Assembly: GCA_033763455.1 (NCBI GenBank)
Contig: JANRKO010000028.1
Coordinates: 181,705-245,704, forward strand
Origin: Polyangiaceae bacterium
Lineage (GTDB): Bacteria > Myxococcota_A > Polyangia > Polyangiales > Polyangiaceae
Direction: 5' to 3'
DNA length: 64,000 nucleotides
Of the stretch, positions 46,104 to 55,570 are shown piece by piece (the first letter of the stretch is position 1; each line of letters starts with the position of its first letter). The notes beneath the pieces are model-generated. The model saw only the letters and a program-made list of their open reading frames with translations, was not told the DNA's origin and did no database searches. Both the position numbers and the translations under genes were made by a program.

Positions 46104-46676
46104 ATGTCGCCGGCAGCGGGTCACTCAACGGAGGACGTGACAGACGAGGAGCTCGTAGCCCGTATGCAACGGGGCGATCGCGCTGCCCTAGCGCTCCTGT
46201 ACACGCGCCATGCGCCCGCAGTGCTCGCGCTAGTGCGGGCGATTGTGGGGGACTCAGCGGAGTCGGAGGATGTGCTCCACGACGTGTTCCTGGAGGCGTG
46301 GAGGCACGTTTCGAGCTACGAAGCGTCCCGGGGGAGCGTCAAAGTGTGGCTCTCAGTGAGGGCACGCAGCCGTTCTCTCGATCGCCTCAAATCCAAAAGG
46401 CGCCGTCGCGACGTATTAGCTGCTGAAGCAGCCCAACGACCTCAAGAACCCATTGAATCTCAAACCACGACCCTCGATCCAGCAGAACGAAGCTCCCTCT
46501 GGGTTGCGCTCTCGGGCATCCAAGCTGCCCAACGGGAGGTGCTGGAGCTTGGGTATTTCCAAGACCTGAGTTCCACCGAAATTGCCGAGCGACTCAACTT
46601 ACCCATCGGTACCGTCAAATCCCGAACCCGTGCCGCCCTCTCGGCACTTCGCGGAATGTTAGAAGGTAAACTATGA
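46104..46676 (+). CDS. ECF sigma-70 factor (SigK/ChrR-associated type)
   Basis: EDVLHDVFLEAWR, RGSVKVWL, ELGYFQDLSSTEIA, PIGTVKSR. Confidence 0.93.
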   Translation: MSPAAGHSTEDVTDEELVARMQRGDRAALALLYTRHAPAVLALVRAIVGDSAESEDVLHDVFLEAWRHVSSYEASRGSVKVWLSVRARSRSLDRLKSKRRRRDVLAAEAAQRPQEPIESQTTTLDPAERSSLWVALSGIQAAQREVLELGYFQDLSSTEIAERLNLPIGTVKSRTRAALSALRGMLEGKL

Positions 46677-47287
46677 CCGCGCCTGACGTTCCTAACTTCG
46701 TGCGAGAAAGCTTTGAGGGCGAAGAAGCAAGCTCCGCTCCCGACGAGAAGCTGTTGAGCAGCTTGGCGCAGCTCCCAGCGGCTCTTCCGAAGGTGCCTCC
46801 GAGCGATGCCGTTCTTGCCAGGCTGATGGCACAAGTAGAGGAGCTGCCGCACCGCTATGCGCCTTTTTTGCCACGTATCGCGACACTCTTGGAGCTCGAC
46901 GAAGCAGCCGCAGAGAAGCTGTTATCAGGCGCGGCAGAGGCGAGCGCCTGGCGATTCGGCGGGCTGCCTGGGTTGCGGACGTTCGACGTAACGGGAGGCC
47001 CAAGCCTAGGTGCGGCGCAAACCTTCTTCATTCGTTTCGCACCAGGAGCGCGCCTGCCCGAGCACCGCCACGAGGGTCGAGAACAGGTGCTCATCCTCGA
47101 AGGCGGCTATCGAGAGTACTCCGGAAAGGTGTACGAAGCCGGCGATCTTCACGAGATGGCCGCGGGTTCAACGCACGGGTTCGTGGTTTTTCCGAACGAG
47201 CCGTGTGTTGCGTTGGCCGTATATCGAGGGCGCTTGAGGTTTTCGTCGTTGATCTTGCGGTGGCTGTCGAGGGCCATGGGGCGTTAA
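46673..47287 (+). CDS. ChrR-like cupin anti-sigma factor
   Basis: ATGA overlap with the sigma gene; cupin motifs PEHRHEGREQVLILEG and GSTH. Confidence 0.85.
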   Translation: MTAPDVPNFVRESFEGEEASSAPDEKLLSSLAQLPAALPKVPPSDAVLARLMAQVEELPHRYAPFLPRIATLLELDEAAAEKLLSGAAEASAWRFGGLPGLRTFDVTGGPSLGAAQTFFIRFAPGARLPEHRHEGREQVLILEGGYREYSGKVYEAGDLHEMAAGSTHGFVVFPNEPCVALAVYRGRLRFSSLILRWLSRAMGR

Positions 47288-47298
47288 GCTGAACTTTT

Positions 47299-48219
47299 TT
47301 AGGCCAAGGTCGCCTTCACGCAAGAACGCAGCGTTTCCACGCTTGTGCCCGCGCGGTATTCGAACGTCACGCGGACCTCAGACCCAGCTTTAACTGCCAA
47401 TGGCTCCAGCAGAGGCATGGAAAGGTATTGCATATGCCAATCGACGGAGCGCGCCTCTTCGGGAAAAATTCCCACCACGTTCTTGGTAACAAAGCGTAGA
47501 GCATTCAAGGTGCCCGTTACCTCTATGGGCATTAACTCATCGAAGCAGAACTCCTCCGGAAGCTCCTGAACGTATTCCACCGCCGCGTACACCTTGGGCG
47601 GCCCGAGCTCAACAGTTGTGGTGGCCAGAGAGCCCGGCTCAAGGAAGAGCGGCACTGGCGCATGGTAGCCGAGGAAGTCGTACGGTTGGAATATTGGCTG
47701 CACAGCTAGCAAGCTGGCTTCGGGAATGATCAGTGGAATGCGCCGGTTGAACTTTGCTAGGTGCCTAGCTTTAAAGCTCTTTAAAACTTCGACCTGCTTT
47801 TCACGAACCAGAGCCACATGGAGAAGCTCGCACAGCACGACATCCGCTGGCTCCTCGGGCATGAATTCGCGGGCATCCGCCACCACGACCGTTACCTTGC
47901 CTGCAACGCCATTGCTCGAAAGAAGCCTGCGCGCTGCCTCGGCAACATGGGGTAATCGTTCCACTGTAGTTACCTTGCGAGCGCGTTTGGCGGCGAAAAA
48001 GCTGAGCACTCCTGTTCCACCGCCGAGATCCACCACGTGGGCTCCATCGGGCACCAGGCGCTCAATCGCCTCGTGAAAAGGGGCCATGCGCCGTTCGTCG
48101 GCCAACATCTGACCGTGGTAGTGAAGCGGGATGAATTGCCCCAGCAGGGAGTCGTCCTCGTCGTGCACGGGCTCTAGAATGCCACCCATAGCGCTCCCGT
48201 GGTAAGGGGGCATCGCCAT
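47299..48219 (-). CDS. Protein-arginine methyltransferase-like SAM methyltransferase (COG4076-like)
   Basis: YHGQMLADERRM, VVDLGGGTGVLSFFAAK, ADVVLCELLHVALVRE, IIP, VDWH. Confidence 0.78.
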   Translation of the reverse strand: MAMPPYHGSAMGGILEPVHDEDDSLLGQFIPLHYHGQMLADERRMAPFHEAIERLVPDGAHVVDLGGGTGVLSFFAAKRARKVTTVERLPHVAEAARRLLSSNGVAGKVTVVVADAREFMPEEPADVVLCELLHVALVREKQVEVLKSFKARHLAKFNRRIPLIIPEASLLAVQPIFQPYDFLGYHAPVPLFLEPGSLATTTVELGPPKVYAAVEYVQELPEEFCFDELMPIEVTGTLNALRFVTKNVVGIFPEEARSVDWHMQYLSMPLLEPLAVKAGSEVRVTFEYRAGTSVETLRSCVKATLA

Positions 48220-48261
48220 CGTGCACCGGCTCTCAGCAGCAAAACAAGAAAAATACTGAGT

Positions 48262-50889
48262 TTAGCGTTGTTTGGTGTCTAGAAGCTCACCGAAGGCGTC
48301 ATCCAGATCGAGATCATCTTGGTTCTCGAGCGCGCGCTTGGAGGAAACGGTTCCAGAATCACGGCCTTCGAGGGCCAAGAGGCGGTCCCGCGCTCCGCGA
48401 AAATCCGGATCGAGGGCAGTGACCTGTTTGAAGTACGAAATTGCCTGGTCGGAGTTGCCCTGAAGCTCAGATACGACGCCAAGATCGTAGTTCAGTGCTA
48501 CCTCTTGCTCACGCGTTTTTTCGGGGGCCTGCAGTGCCTGCTGGTAAGCAGCCAAAGCGGCTTCATGGTCGCCCCTTTCGAGATGGATCATCCCGATCAT
48601 TGCAAAACAGTTACACTGCCTTTTGGCATCTTTGGCAGCTACAGAAAACTCAGCTAGCGCCTCGTTGATGAGGCCCATCTCCTTGTACGCAAGGCCGAGA
48701 TCGTAGTGGCTCGAGCTATCGTTCTCTGCCACTTGCCCCGCGACCCCGCTCCTGAAGTTAGCAAAAACGCGGTCTACGTCGGCGTCATTGCGTACCTCAA
48801 ACACGGCCGCGCCCCCAGCTAGCTCCAGGCTATCCAGCGCTTCCAACGAGGAGCTGATATCTAGATTCTGGAAAGTGCCTCGTGGCCGCGCCAAAGCACT
48901 CAAGCTGGAGCGCTCAATCGTTTGGCTTTCGTTGGAGCCAGCCATGGCTTCTTCCACCTCGCGCAAACGCTCCAGCAGAAGTGGGTGGTGAGGATTACGC
49001 GAGAGCTGCTCGGCGAGGATCCCCCGGGCATCTTCCCAGAGCCCCTGAGAGCCGAAAAATTCGGCCTCTTCCAGCACTTCTTCGATCGCTTCGGCCGAAC
49101 CTGGAGGTGTTGAACTGAAGGAATGCCGCACTTGGCGGGTGGGGGCTTCGTCCCCACTCAACGGAAAACTCGGCAACCCTCCTTCGAACGGATCGTCAAT
49201 TTCCGACAGTGAACCCGCCGCTTCATCGTCGGTTGCTAGCGTTTGTGCCGCGCTCACTTCTTCTAGATCAAAGGAGGGTAAGGCCTCGCCCGCGCCAATC
49301 TGGCGGTTGGAATCTGGAGTGGGTCTTTGCGGGCGAGCCGAGTGGGGCGGCCTCCCCACCTCGATGAAGTCCCTAAGTAGGCGCACGGCGTCGGGCTGTT
49401 CGGGAGATGCTTCGAGCACCTCGTAGAGCAGGGGCTCCGCGGTTCTAAGATCACCCAGGTGAATGTACAACGTGGCGACGTTGACCTGCTCAAGCACCGC
49501 AGACTCACGATCCCCCATCTCCACGAGGACTTCGAGCAACTTCAGGCGAAGCTCCAGCGAATCTGGTGCGGATTCTAGCGCACGGTGCAACACGCCAACG
49601 GCCTTGTCGTGGAGCCGAAGCCGACGGAACGATTCGGCGTCGAGGAGCGCTCGTTGCTCGCTGGGGCCCGAAATGGGTGGCTCAGAAGCGGCCTCCACAA
49701 AGTCGTCATCTACAAGCTCGACATCAGGCTCGCTGGCAGCGCGCGGGCGAGCCAGCTGTGAAGCCTCTTGCGTTGAATTCGGCTCAACTTCCTCCACCAA
49801 TTCGAGGTCATCGTCGAGTGATTCAATGAGATCTGCGGGCGGGTTCGAACGCGTGCCCGCACCGGTGGGGGGCTGTGAACGTACCGAGCCCGCGCTCGGA
49901 TTTCGGGAACGCACGGAACCAGCAGCTGGATGCTGAGAACGCACTGAAGCTTCCGCCTCATTCGGGTGCAGCGTACGAAAATCCCGAACCTGCTCGTCGT
50001 TGGGAGCGGTGCTCCTGAGGTGCTCTACAAGCTGTTGGTACAGCTGGACTTGCCCTTGTTCGCGCGCAATGCGCGCCATTTCTTTGTAGACCTCAACGGA
50101 TTTGCCCTCTTGCCCAATCATGTTGAACGCTTGGGCTAAGAGCGCCAAGGTGTCCATGTTTTTGGGATCCGCTTGAAAGCAAACTTGGAGTTTGGCGAGG
50201 GCTTGGAGCCCGCTCTCACGGTCCCCCTTCTTGAGGTAAAGCTCGGCGGCAACGCGTGCGAAGCGAACATCCTGCTGGAAATGCAGGATGCGCTCCACGA
50301 CCTTCAGTGCATCTTCATTGCGTTGCATCTGAAGGAGCAGCTCGGCTGCGTGCCAGAACGATTGAACGGCGTCTTCGAGGCGTTGAACGCGACAGCAGGC
50401 TTCGGCCAGACGCAAATGGGGGAGCGGATTCTCGCGATTGAGCTCCACCATCTTTTGAAATATGGCAATGGCTTCGCCGTCGCGCTGCGTGCGCTGCAAA
50501 AATGCTGCCATTTCATCGTAGGCGCTGAGCGCGTCACTCACGAGACCGAGCTCGGCGTAAATCGCACCGAGCTTGGGTAATAGATACGTGTAGTGGTCGG
50601 AGAGCTCGGGGGCCTGCTTCTTGATGAGCTCGCGGATCTGCTTGTAGACAGCGATGGCCTTGAGGGCGAACCCTTGCGCTGAATATTGTTCCCCTACGCG
50701 CTCGTAGGTGGCAATCGCAGGTCGGATAGCTCCTGTTCGGGCCTGCAGATCACCAATCTTCAGCCAGGTGCGTGCATCGGACGGATCTGTCTGTACCAGC
50801 TTCTGGTATTCCTCAATCGCGCGGTCGAACTTCTTCTTGTCGACGAAGCGTTGGGCGTTGGCGACTATCTTTTCGCGTTCGGTCGGCAC
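48262..50889 (-). CDS. sgmX: TPR protein, SgmX-like (type IV pilus/polarity)
   Basis: N-terminal TPR array (EREKIVANAQRFV...AIEEYQKLV), acidic linkers, C-terminal TPRs SHYDLGLAYKEMGL. Orthology is from recall only. Start set at GTG 50889; the ORF track extends to 50976. Confidence 0.65.
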   Translation of the reverse strand: MPTEREKIVANAQRFVDKKKFDRAIEEYQKLVQTDPSDARTWLKIGDLQARTGAIRPAIATYERVGEQYSAQGFALKAIAVYKQIRELIKKQAPELSDHYTYLLPKLGAIYAELGLVSDALSAYDEMAAFLQRTQRDGEAIAIFQKMVELNRENPLPHLRLAEACCRVQRLEDAVQSFWHAAELLLQMQRNEDALKVVERILHFQQDVRFARVAAELYLKKGDRESGLQALAKLQVCFQADPKNMDTLALLAQAFNMIGQEGKSVEVYKEMARIAREQGQVQLYQQLVEHLRSTAPNDEQVRDFRTLHPNEAEASVRSQHPAAGSVRSRNPSAGSVRSQPPTGAGTRSNPPADLIESLDDDLELVEEVEPNSTQEASQLARPRAASEPDVELVDDDFVEAASEPPISGPSEQRALLDAESFRRLRLHDKAVGVLHRALESAPDSLELRLKLLEVLVEMGDRESAVLEQVNVATLYIHLGDLRTAEPLLYEVLEASPEQPDAVRLLRDFIEVGRPPHSARPQRPTPDSNRQIGAGEALPSFDLEEVSAAQTLATDDEAAGSLSEIDDPFEGGLPSFPLSGDEAPTRQVRHSFSSTPPGSAEAIEEVLEEAEFFGSQGLWEDARGILAEQLSRNPHHPLLLERLREVEEAMAGSNESQTIERSSLSALARPRGTFQNLDISSSLEALDSLELAGGAAVFEVRNDADVDRVFANFRSGVAGQVAENDSSSHYDLGLAYKEMGLINEALAEFSVAAKDAKRQCNCFAMIGMIHLERGDHEAALAAYQQALQAPEKTREQEVALNYDLGVVSELQGNSDQAISYFKQVTALDPDFRGARDRLLALEGRDSGTVSSKRALENQDDLDLDDAFGELLDTKQR
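49838..49950 (-). repeat. Four degenerate 30-bp in-frame repeats encoding SVRSxxP-like units
   Basis: GAACG recurs at 49847, 49877, 49907 and 49937; protein ASVRSQHPAA-GSVRSRNPSA-GSVRSQPPTG-AGTRSNPP. Confidence 0.75.
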
Positions 50890-51185
50890 GTTGGGGTAGG
50901 GGGTGTTGCCAAGAGGTTGGAGGACAAAAGCCAAGCCATCCGAAGCTAAGTCCGCGCGAGCGCCGCGGCGGTGCACCCCGATAGGGTGAGCTCTTACGTA
51001 TACCCCTCATATTGCCGCTTGAACAGGCAGGGGCGCTTCGGCTCTTCGCATGCGGCCAGCTTTCAGGTGCTATCGGTGCTCCCTCTGCGGCAGCCGGCCC
51101 TACTACGTGCTGGTGTGCGTGTGTGTAGGCCGTGGCCCCGAAGGTGAGCGTTTTACCCGCTAGCCGTCACGGGATCCTGCAACCC

Positions 51186-51599
51186 TCAGAACGGCTTATA
51201 TACGGCGAAGAAGGCGGTGACGGTGGCGGCCAGCAGGAGGAGAACCGACAAGAGCGGGCCGCGATCGAAAGCATTGAGCTCGCCGCGCGCGAGCCGCTTC
51301 ACGCGAGCTCCGATGATGTGGTGCAGCGCAATCACGACCACGGCGAAGGTGAGCTTCGCGTGCATGAAGTGGCTCTCGCTGAAGTAGGCGGGCAGCGACA
51401 AGAATAGGCGGGCCGTTCCGGCCGAAACCGACACCAAGAGCGCGGGCACCGCAACCATTCGATACACGCCGAGCGCGAGTAGTCCGCGCTCCTTGGCAGA
51501 ACTTGAAGTGCCTCCTGCGATCAGCCCCACGGCCACGATGGAGCCGATCCACGCGAAGTTTGCGGCAAGGTGCAGAAAGAGAAGCAGTAGTGGAAGCAT
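51186..51599 (-). CDS. CopD/HemJ-family 4-TM membrane protein (possible protoporphyrinogen oxidase)
   Basis: LHLAANFAWIG, VAVPA, FMHAKL, ALHH, terminal VYKPF. Confidence 0.65.
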   Translation of the reverse strand: MLPLLLLFLHLAANFAWIGSIVAVGLIAGGTSSSAKERGLLALGVYRMVAVPALLVSVSAGTARLFLSLPAYFSESHFMHAKLTFAVVVIALHHIIGARVKRLARGELNAFDRGPLLSVLLLLAATVTAFFAVYKPF

Positions 51600-51697
51600 G
51601 GCTCGAGTGCAGGTGTCCTTGATTTGCCGGGGCTTGAGCCGCGTTGGGGGGGCGCCCCCTTGCGATAGACCGGGATAGGACGCATGGTCTAGCGAAA

Positions 51698-53143
51698 ATG
51701 ACGCGCAGCCAGAAGTATAGTGCTCCGTTCGCTGTGGGTGGGCCTGTGGAGGTGGATCCGGAGCTTTGCCGCAAGCTTCTCGAAATTGCCCTCAGCCGGG
51801 GAGGCACCTACGCCGATCTATTTTTTGAGTATCGCGCGGGGGGCTCCATGCAGTTCGAGGAGGGGATTGTACGCAGTGCGTCGCGCGGCGTTACGGGAGG
51901 CCTGGGCGTCCGAGTGCAGCGCGGCGATGCCACGGGCTACGCGCATGTTGAGGACTTTACCTGGGAGGCCATGAAGCGCGCCGCCGAAACGGCGGCACAA
52001 ATTGCCAACGAAGCCCAGGGGACACACAGCGTTGAGTTGAAACCTGTAAGTGTGCCGAGCCGGTATGAACTACCGAGCTCCACCTTGGACGCCGAAGGTG
52101 CCGTAAAAAAGGCTTTTCTTGAGCGAGCCAGCCAGCACGTTTTGGCCCATGATCCCAGGCTCATCAAGGCTCGTGCCTCCTTTGCCGAAGAGCTGCGTGA
52201 AATCCTGATTGCCACGAGCGATGGCCGCTTCGTGCGTGACGCGCAACCCTTAATGCGTTTCTCCGTCACTGCCATTGCCGAGCACGCTGGGAAGCGGGAG
52301 TCCGGCAGCAGCGGCGGTGGCGGGCGGACCACGCTTGGCTATTTCGTGGATCGCGGGCCAGAGTTTCATGCCGAGCGTGCCGCGCGCCAAGCGCTCGTCC
52401 TTCTGGAAGCGGAAAGCGCTCCTGCAGGTCAATTTCAGGTCGTGCTAGCCCCTGGCGATAGTGGCATTCTGCTCCACGAAGCAGTCGGGCACGGGCTTGA
52501 AGCAGATTTCAACCGCAAGGGCACCAGCAACTATTCAGGTCAAGTTGGCAAACAGGTAGCGAGTCCGCTCTGCACTGTGGTGGACGACGCGACATTTTCG
52601 CAAGGGCGCGGCACCATTAACGTAGACGACGAAGGCATCGCGCCGTACCGAAGCACCTTGATCGAGGGCGGGGTTTTGCGCGGTTACATGCAAGATAGGC
52701 TCTCCGCTGGGCACTTCGGCACCCAACCCACGGGCAACGGCCGCCGTGAAAGTTTCGCTTCGGTCCCTATGCCGCGCATGACGAACACTGTCCTGCTGGC
52801 CGGGCCCCACTCGCCTGAGGAGATCCTGGGTAGCGTAAAGCGCGGTATTTTTGCGAAAAGCTTCGGCGGCGGCCAGGTCGACATCTCAAATGGAGACTTC
52901 GTATTTTCGCTGACCGAGAGCTACCTCATCGAGGATGGCCGAATTACGACACCGCTCAAGGGCGTGAACCTTATTGGCAACGGTCCGGAAACATTACGCC
53001 ATGTAACCATGCTGGGAAACGACGTGGAAATATCCGACGGGATTTGGACTTGTGGAAAAGACGGCCAAAGCGTGCCGGTGGGTGTCGGCTGCCCGACCAT
53101 CAAGCTCGACCAAATCACCGTTGGAGGTACCCAGATTGGTTGA
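51698..53143 (+). CDS. tldD: TldD metalloprotease
   Basis: YADLFFE, GLGVRV, ILLHEAVGHGLEADFNRKG, DDEG, TGNGRRES, PRMTNT, TCGKDGQSVPVGVGCPT. Confidence 0.95.
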   Translation: MTRSQKYSAPFAVGGPVEVDPELCRKLLEIALSRGGTYADLFFEYRAGGSMQFEEGIVRSASRGVTGGLGVRVQRGDATGYAHVEDFTWEAMKRAAETAAQIANEAQGTHSVELKPVSVPSRYELPSSTLDAEGAVKKAFLERASQHVLAHDPRLIKARASFAEELREILIATSDGRFVRDAQPLMRFSVTAIAEHAGKRESGSSGGGGRTTLGYFVDRGPEFHAERAARQALVLLEAESAPAGQFQVVLAPGDSGILLHEAVGHGLEADFNRKGTSNYSGQVGKQVASPLCTVVDDATFSQGRGTINVDDEGIAPYRSTLIEGGVLRGYMQDRLSAGHFGTQPTGNGRRESFASVPMPRMTNTVLLAGPHSPEEILGSVKRGIFAKSFGGGQVDISNGDFVFSLTESYLIEDGRITTPLKGVNLIGNGPETLRHVTMLGNDVEISDGIWTCGKDGQSVPVGVGCPTIKLDQITVGGTQIG

Positions 53144-53935
53144 ATGAAAGTGGCACGTTCTAGAAGCTTTGTAGGAGTTGTTGGCCATGGTCCGCTTTTG
53201 GATCGTGATGACGGTGCTTGCTCCACCCTCCGCCAGCTAGGCGCCACGGTGAGAACGCTCGATCTCTGGGATGATCCTGTTCATCTCATCGCCGACGAAG
53301 ACGAGGAATTTGACGTGCGTCCCAGAGCGCTCGTGTTCGAAGCACTCGATCGTCCGGATCTGGCCGTAGCCGCGCTACGCGCCGTGCGCAAGGAAGCGTA
53401 CTTCGACAACGTGGGGGCTCTCATCGCCGTCACGGTCGGGCAGATCGCGCGTATTGAGCCTTCGAGTGGCTTCGATGATTTTGTGCTTCATCCGTACGTG
53501 CCTGAGGAGTTGTACGGGCGCATTCGTGCCCTTGAATGGCGGCGCAGCGAATTTGCCACCGATGAGCGCCAGAAGGTTGGCCAAATCGTGGTGGATAAAG
53601 CGGCCCACGAGGTCGTGGTGGATGGTCGCCCCGCAGCACTTACGGCCAAAGAGTTCGCGCTCCTCGCCTACCTGTGTGATCAGCGCGGGCGCGTGCTTTC
53701 ACGCGAGCATCTTCTCGCTCGCGTCTGGGGCAATCGCTACGACGGCGGCCCGCGCACGGTGGACATTCACGTGCGCCGCTTACGCGCCAAATTGGGCGAT
53801 GCGCTCCCGCTAGAGACACTGCGTGGCTCCGGCTACAAGTTGAGAGCCCCTGAGGTGGAAGAGAAGGGACGCTCCAAGCGACCTAACGCTGAAGAAGAAG
53901 AGGGCGACGACGCGGAGGAACACGCAGAGGCGTGA
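53144..53935 (+). CDS. OmpR-family winged-helix regulator with a degenerate receiver domain
   Basis: C-terminal LTAKEFALL, SREHLLARVWG, RTVDIHVRRLRAKLG, ETLRGSGY. The receiver reads LVFEAL and DDFVLHP. Confidence 0.88.
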   Translation: MKVARSRSFVGVVGHGPLLDRDDGACSTLRQLGATVRTLDLWDDPVHLIADEDEEFDVRPRALVFEALDRPDLAVAALRAVRKEAYFDNVGALIAVTVGQIARIEPSSGFDDFVLHPYVPEELYGRIRALEWRRSEFATDERQKVGQIVVDKAAHEVVVDGRPAALTAKEFALLAYLCDQRGRVLSREHLLARVWGNRYDGGPRTVDIHVRRLRAKLGDALPLETLRGSGYKLRAPEVEEKGRSKRPNAEEEEGDDAEEHAEA

Positions 53936-54128
53936 AGGGGCGGGGTTGGGGGGCGGGGTGCGCCCTGGCAAGTAAAGCACTCACAAGCGCTGGGCTTGAC
54001 TCTTAAAACTAGCCACGATGTCAGGCGGGCGCGGAGCTTACCGCTATAGGTCAGGCTCGCCCCACCTGATCGGATAGTGAGGGGGGCCGAGCGAGGGGGG
54101 ATCCTGCGCGTTTCTACGATATACGATA

Positions 54129-55568
54129 ATGATCAAAACCTCAGGCATGGGCGATGAACAGGCAATGCGAGTAGAACTACGTTCGCGCCGCCGCCCCTGT
54201 GTCAGCCCGACTCAATCGCGGCTCGCTTGGCCTCTAGTTGGTGCGTGGCTCCTCTTGGCGTGCAATCCCAGGTTGGACGAGCCTTGGTGCTCGGATCAAG
54301 CGCCCGCCGCTACTCGATCAGCGCTCACCCCAAAGCCGAGCTACCACCAGGACGTCCAGCCCATCGTGGAAGGGCGGTGCCTCACCTGCCATGCCGAAGG
54401 TGGAATTGCTCCGTTCAGGCTGGATCGCTTCGAGGACGTGCTTGCCTTGCGAACGGCCATCGCCGAGAGCGTCAAGGCGCGAACGATGCCACCGTTTCAA
54501 GCCGCACCCTGTTGCACCGAATATTATCGCCAATGGTCGCTAAGTGCCGAGGAAATCCAGGTTCTCGAAGAGTGGGCTCAGAATCCTTTAGAGGGGATCA
54601 AAGGTACGCCGGGACGGATTTTGCCTCCAGCTGGGGGCCTGTCGCGAGTGGATGTTACCTTAAAGATGGATGAACCCTACCGTATCAGACCCAAGCCAGG
54701 GCGGTTCGATGACTTTCGATGTTTCATTCTAGATTGGCCCATAGGAGGCCAAGTGTTCATCACAGGTCTCAACCCTGTGCCGGGTAATCGCCGCGTCGTT
54801 CATCACCTGATTGTTGCGGCACTGAGCGGGGATGCGGTGAGGCAAGCAACTGCACTCGACGAAAAGGATCCCCGTCCGGGGTACGATTGCCAATCCGGGC
54901 TAGGAGAGCTCTCGCTGAAAGACTTGACTGTGTTTGGGGGCAGTCTGATCGGTTCGGACTTTCCCGACAACCTTGGGCGACCGGTCAATGCAGGATCCAA
55001 GATCCTACTGAACGTTCACTACACCACTGAAACCGTCGGAGAATCTGCGACCGACGAGGAGTTGACCGATCAGTCGAGCATTCAATTTCGTGTCGATGCC
55101 ACGGCTCACGACTTCGAAGGGCTTGTGATCGCCAATCCCGCCTGGCTGATCGATGATGGGATGAAGATTGAGGCTGGTGAGAGCAACAAGGCTTTCTGGT
55201 TCCGCTACCAGCCAACCGTATTTACCCGGGGCAAGAGTGTTTGGCTACGTTCGGTGACACCCCATATGCACAATTTTGGCAAGCGGTTCCGGATCCATCG
55301 CATTCGCGACGGTCAAAGCGAGTGCCTCCTGGAAATTGCGAATTGGGAGTTCGGTTGGGAGCAAACCTATTGGTTCAAGGAACCCAAGAAGTTAAACGGC
55401 GACGACCAGCTCTACATTGAATGCGTGTTCGACAATTCTGCAGAAAATCAGAGCGGTGGTCCTCACTCTCCTAGCGAACAGGCAATGCACCCTCCAAGGG
55501 ATATCGGCTGGGGCACTGACGGCCAGGACATGTGCGCAGGGTTTCTCAACTACACGCGCGAGCTTTAG
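54129..55568 (+). CDS. Copper type II ascorbate-dependent monooxygenase (PHM/DBH-like) lipoprotein with an N-terminal cytochrome c motif
   Basis: Lipobox LLAC; RCLTCH...MPP; DDFRCF, VVHH, LNVHY, PHMH, WEFGWE, ECVFDN, QDMC. Confidence 0.85.
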   Translation: MIKTSGMGDEQAMRVELRSRRRPCVSPTQSRLAWPLVGAWLLLACNPRLDEPWCSDQAPAATRSALTPKPSYHQDVQPIVEGRCLTCHAEGGIAPFRLDRFEDVLALRTAIAESVKARTMPPFQAAPCCTEYYRQWSLSAEEIQVLEEWAQNPLEGIKGTPGRILPPAGGLSRVDVTLKMDEPYRIRPKPGRFDDFRCFILDWPIGGQVFITGLNPVPGNRRVVHHLIVAALSGDAVRQATALDEKDPRPGYDCQSGLGELSLKDLTVFGGSLIGSDFPDNLGRPVNAGSKILLNVHYTTETVGESATDEELTDQSSIQFRVDATAHDFEGLVIANPAWLIDDGMKIEAGESNKAFWFRYQPTVFTRGKSVWLRSVTPHMHNFGKRFRIHRIRDGQSECLLEIANWEFGWEQTYWFKEPKKLNGDDQLYIECVFDNSAENQSGGPHSPSEQAMHPPRDIGWGTDGQDMCAGFLNYTREL

Positions 55569-55570
55569 AG

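Noticed and set aside
53972..54000. CIRCE-like half site AAAGCACTC
   Set aside because: No matching second half 9 nt downstream.
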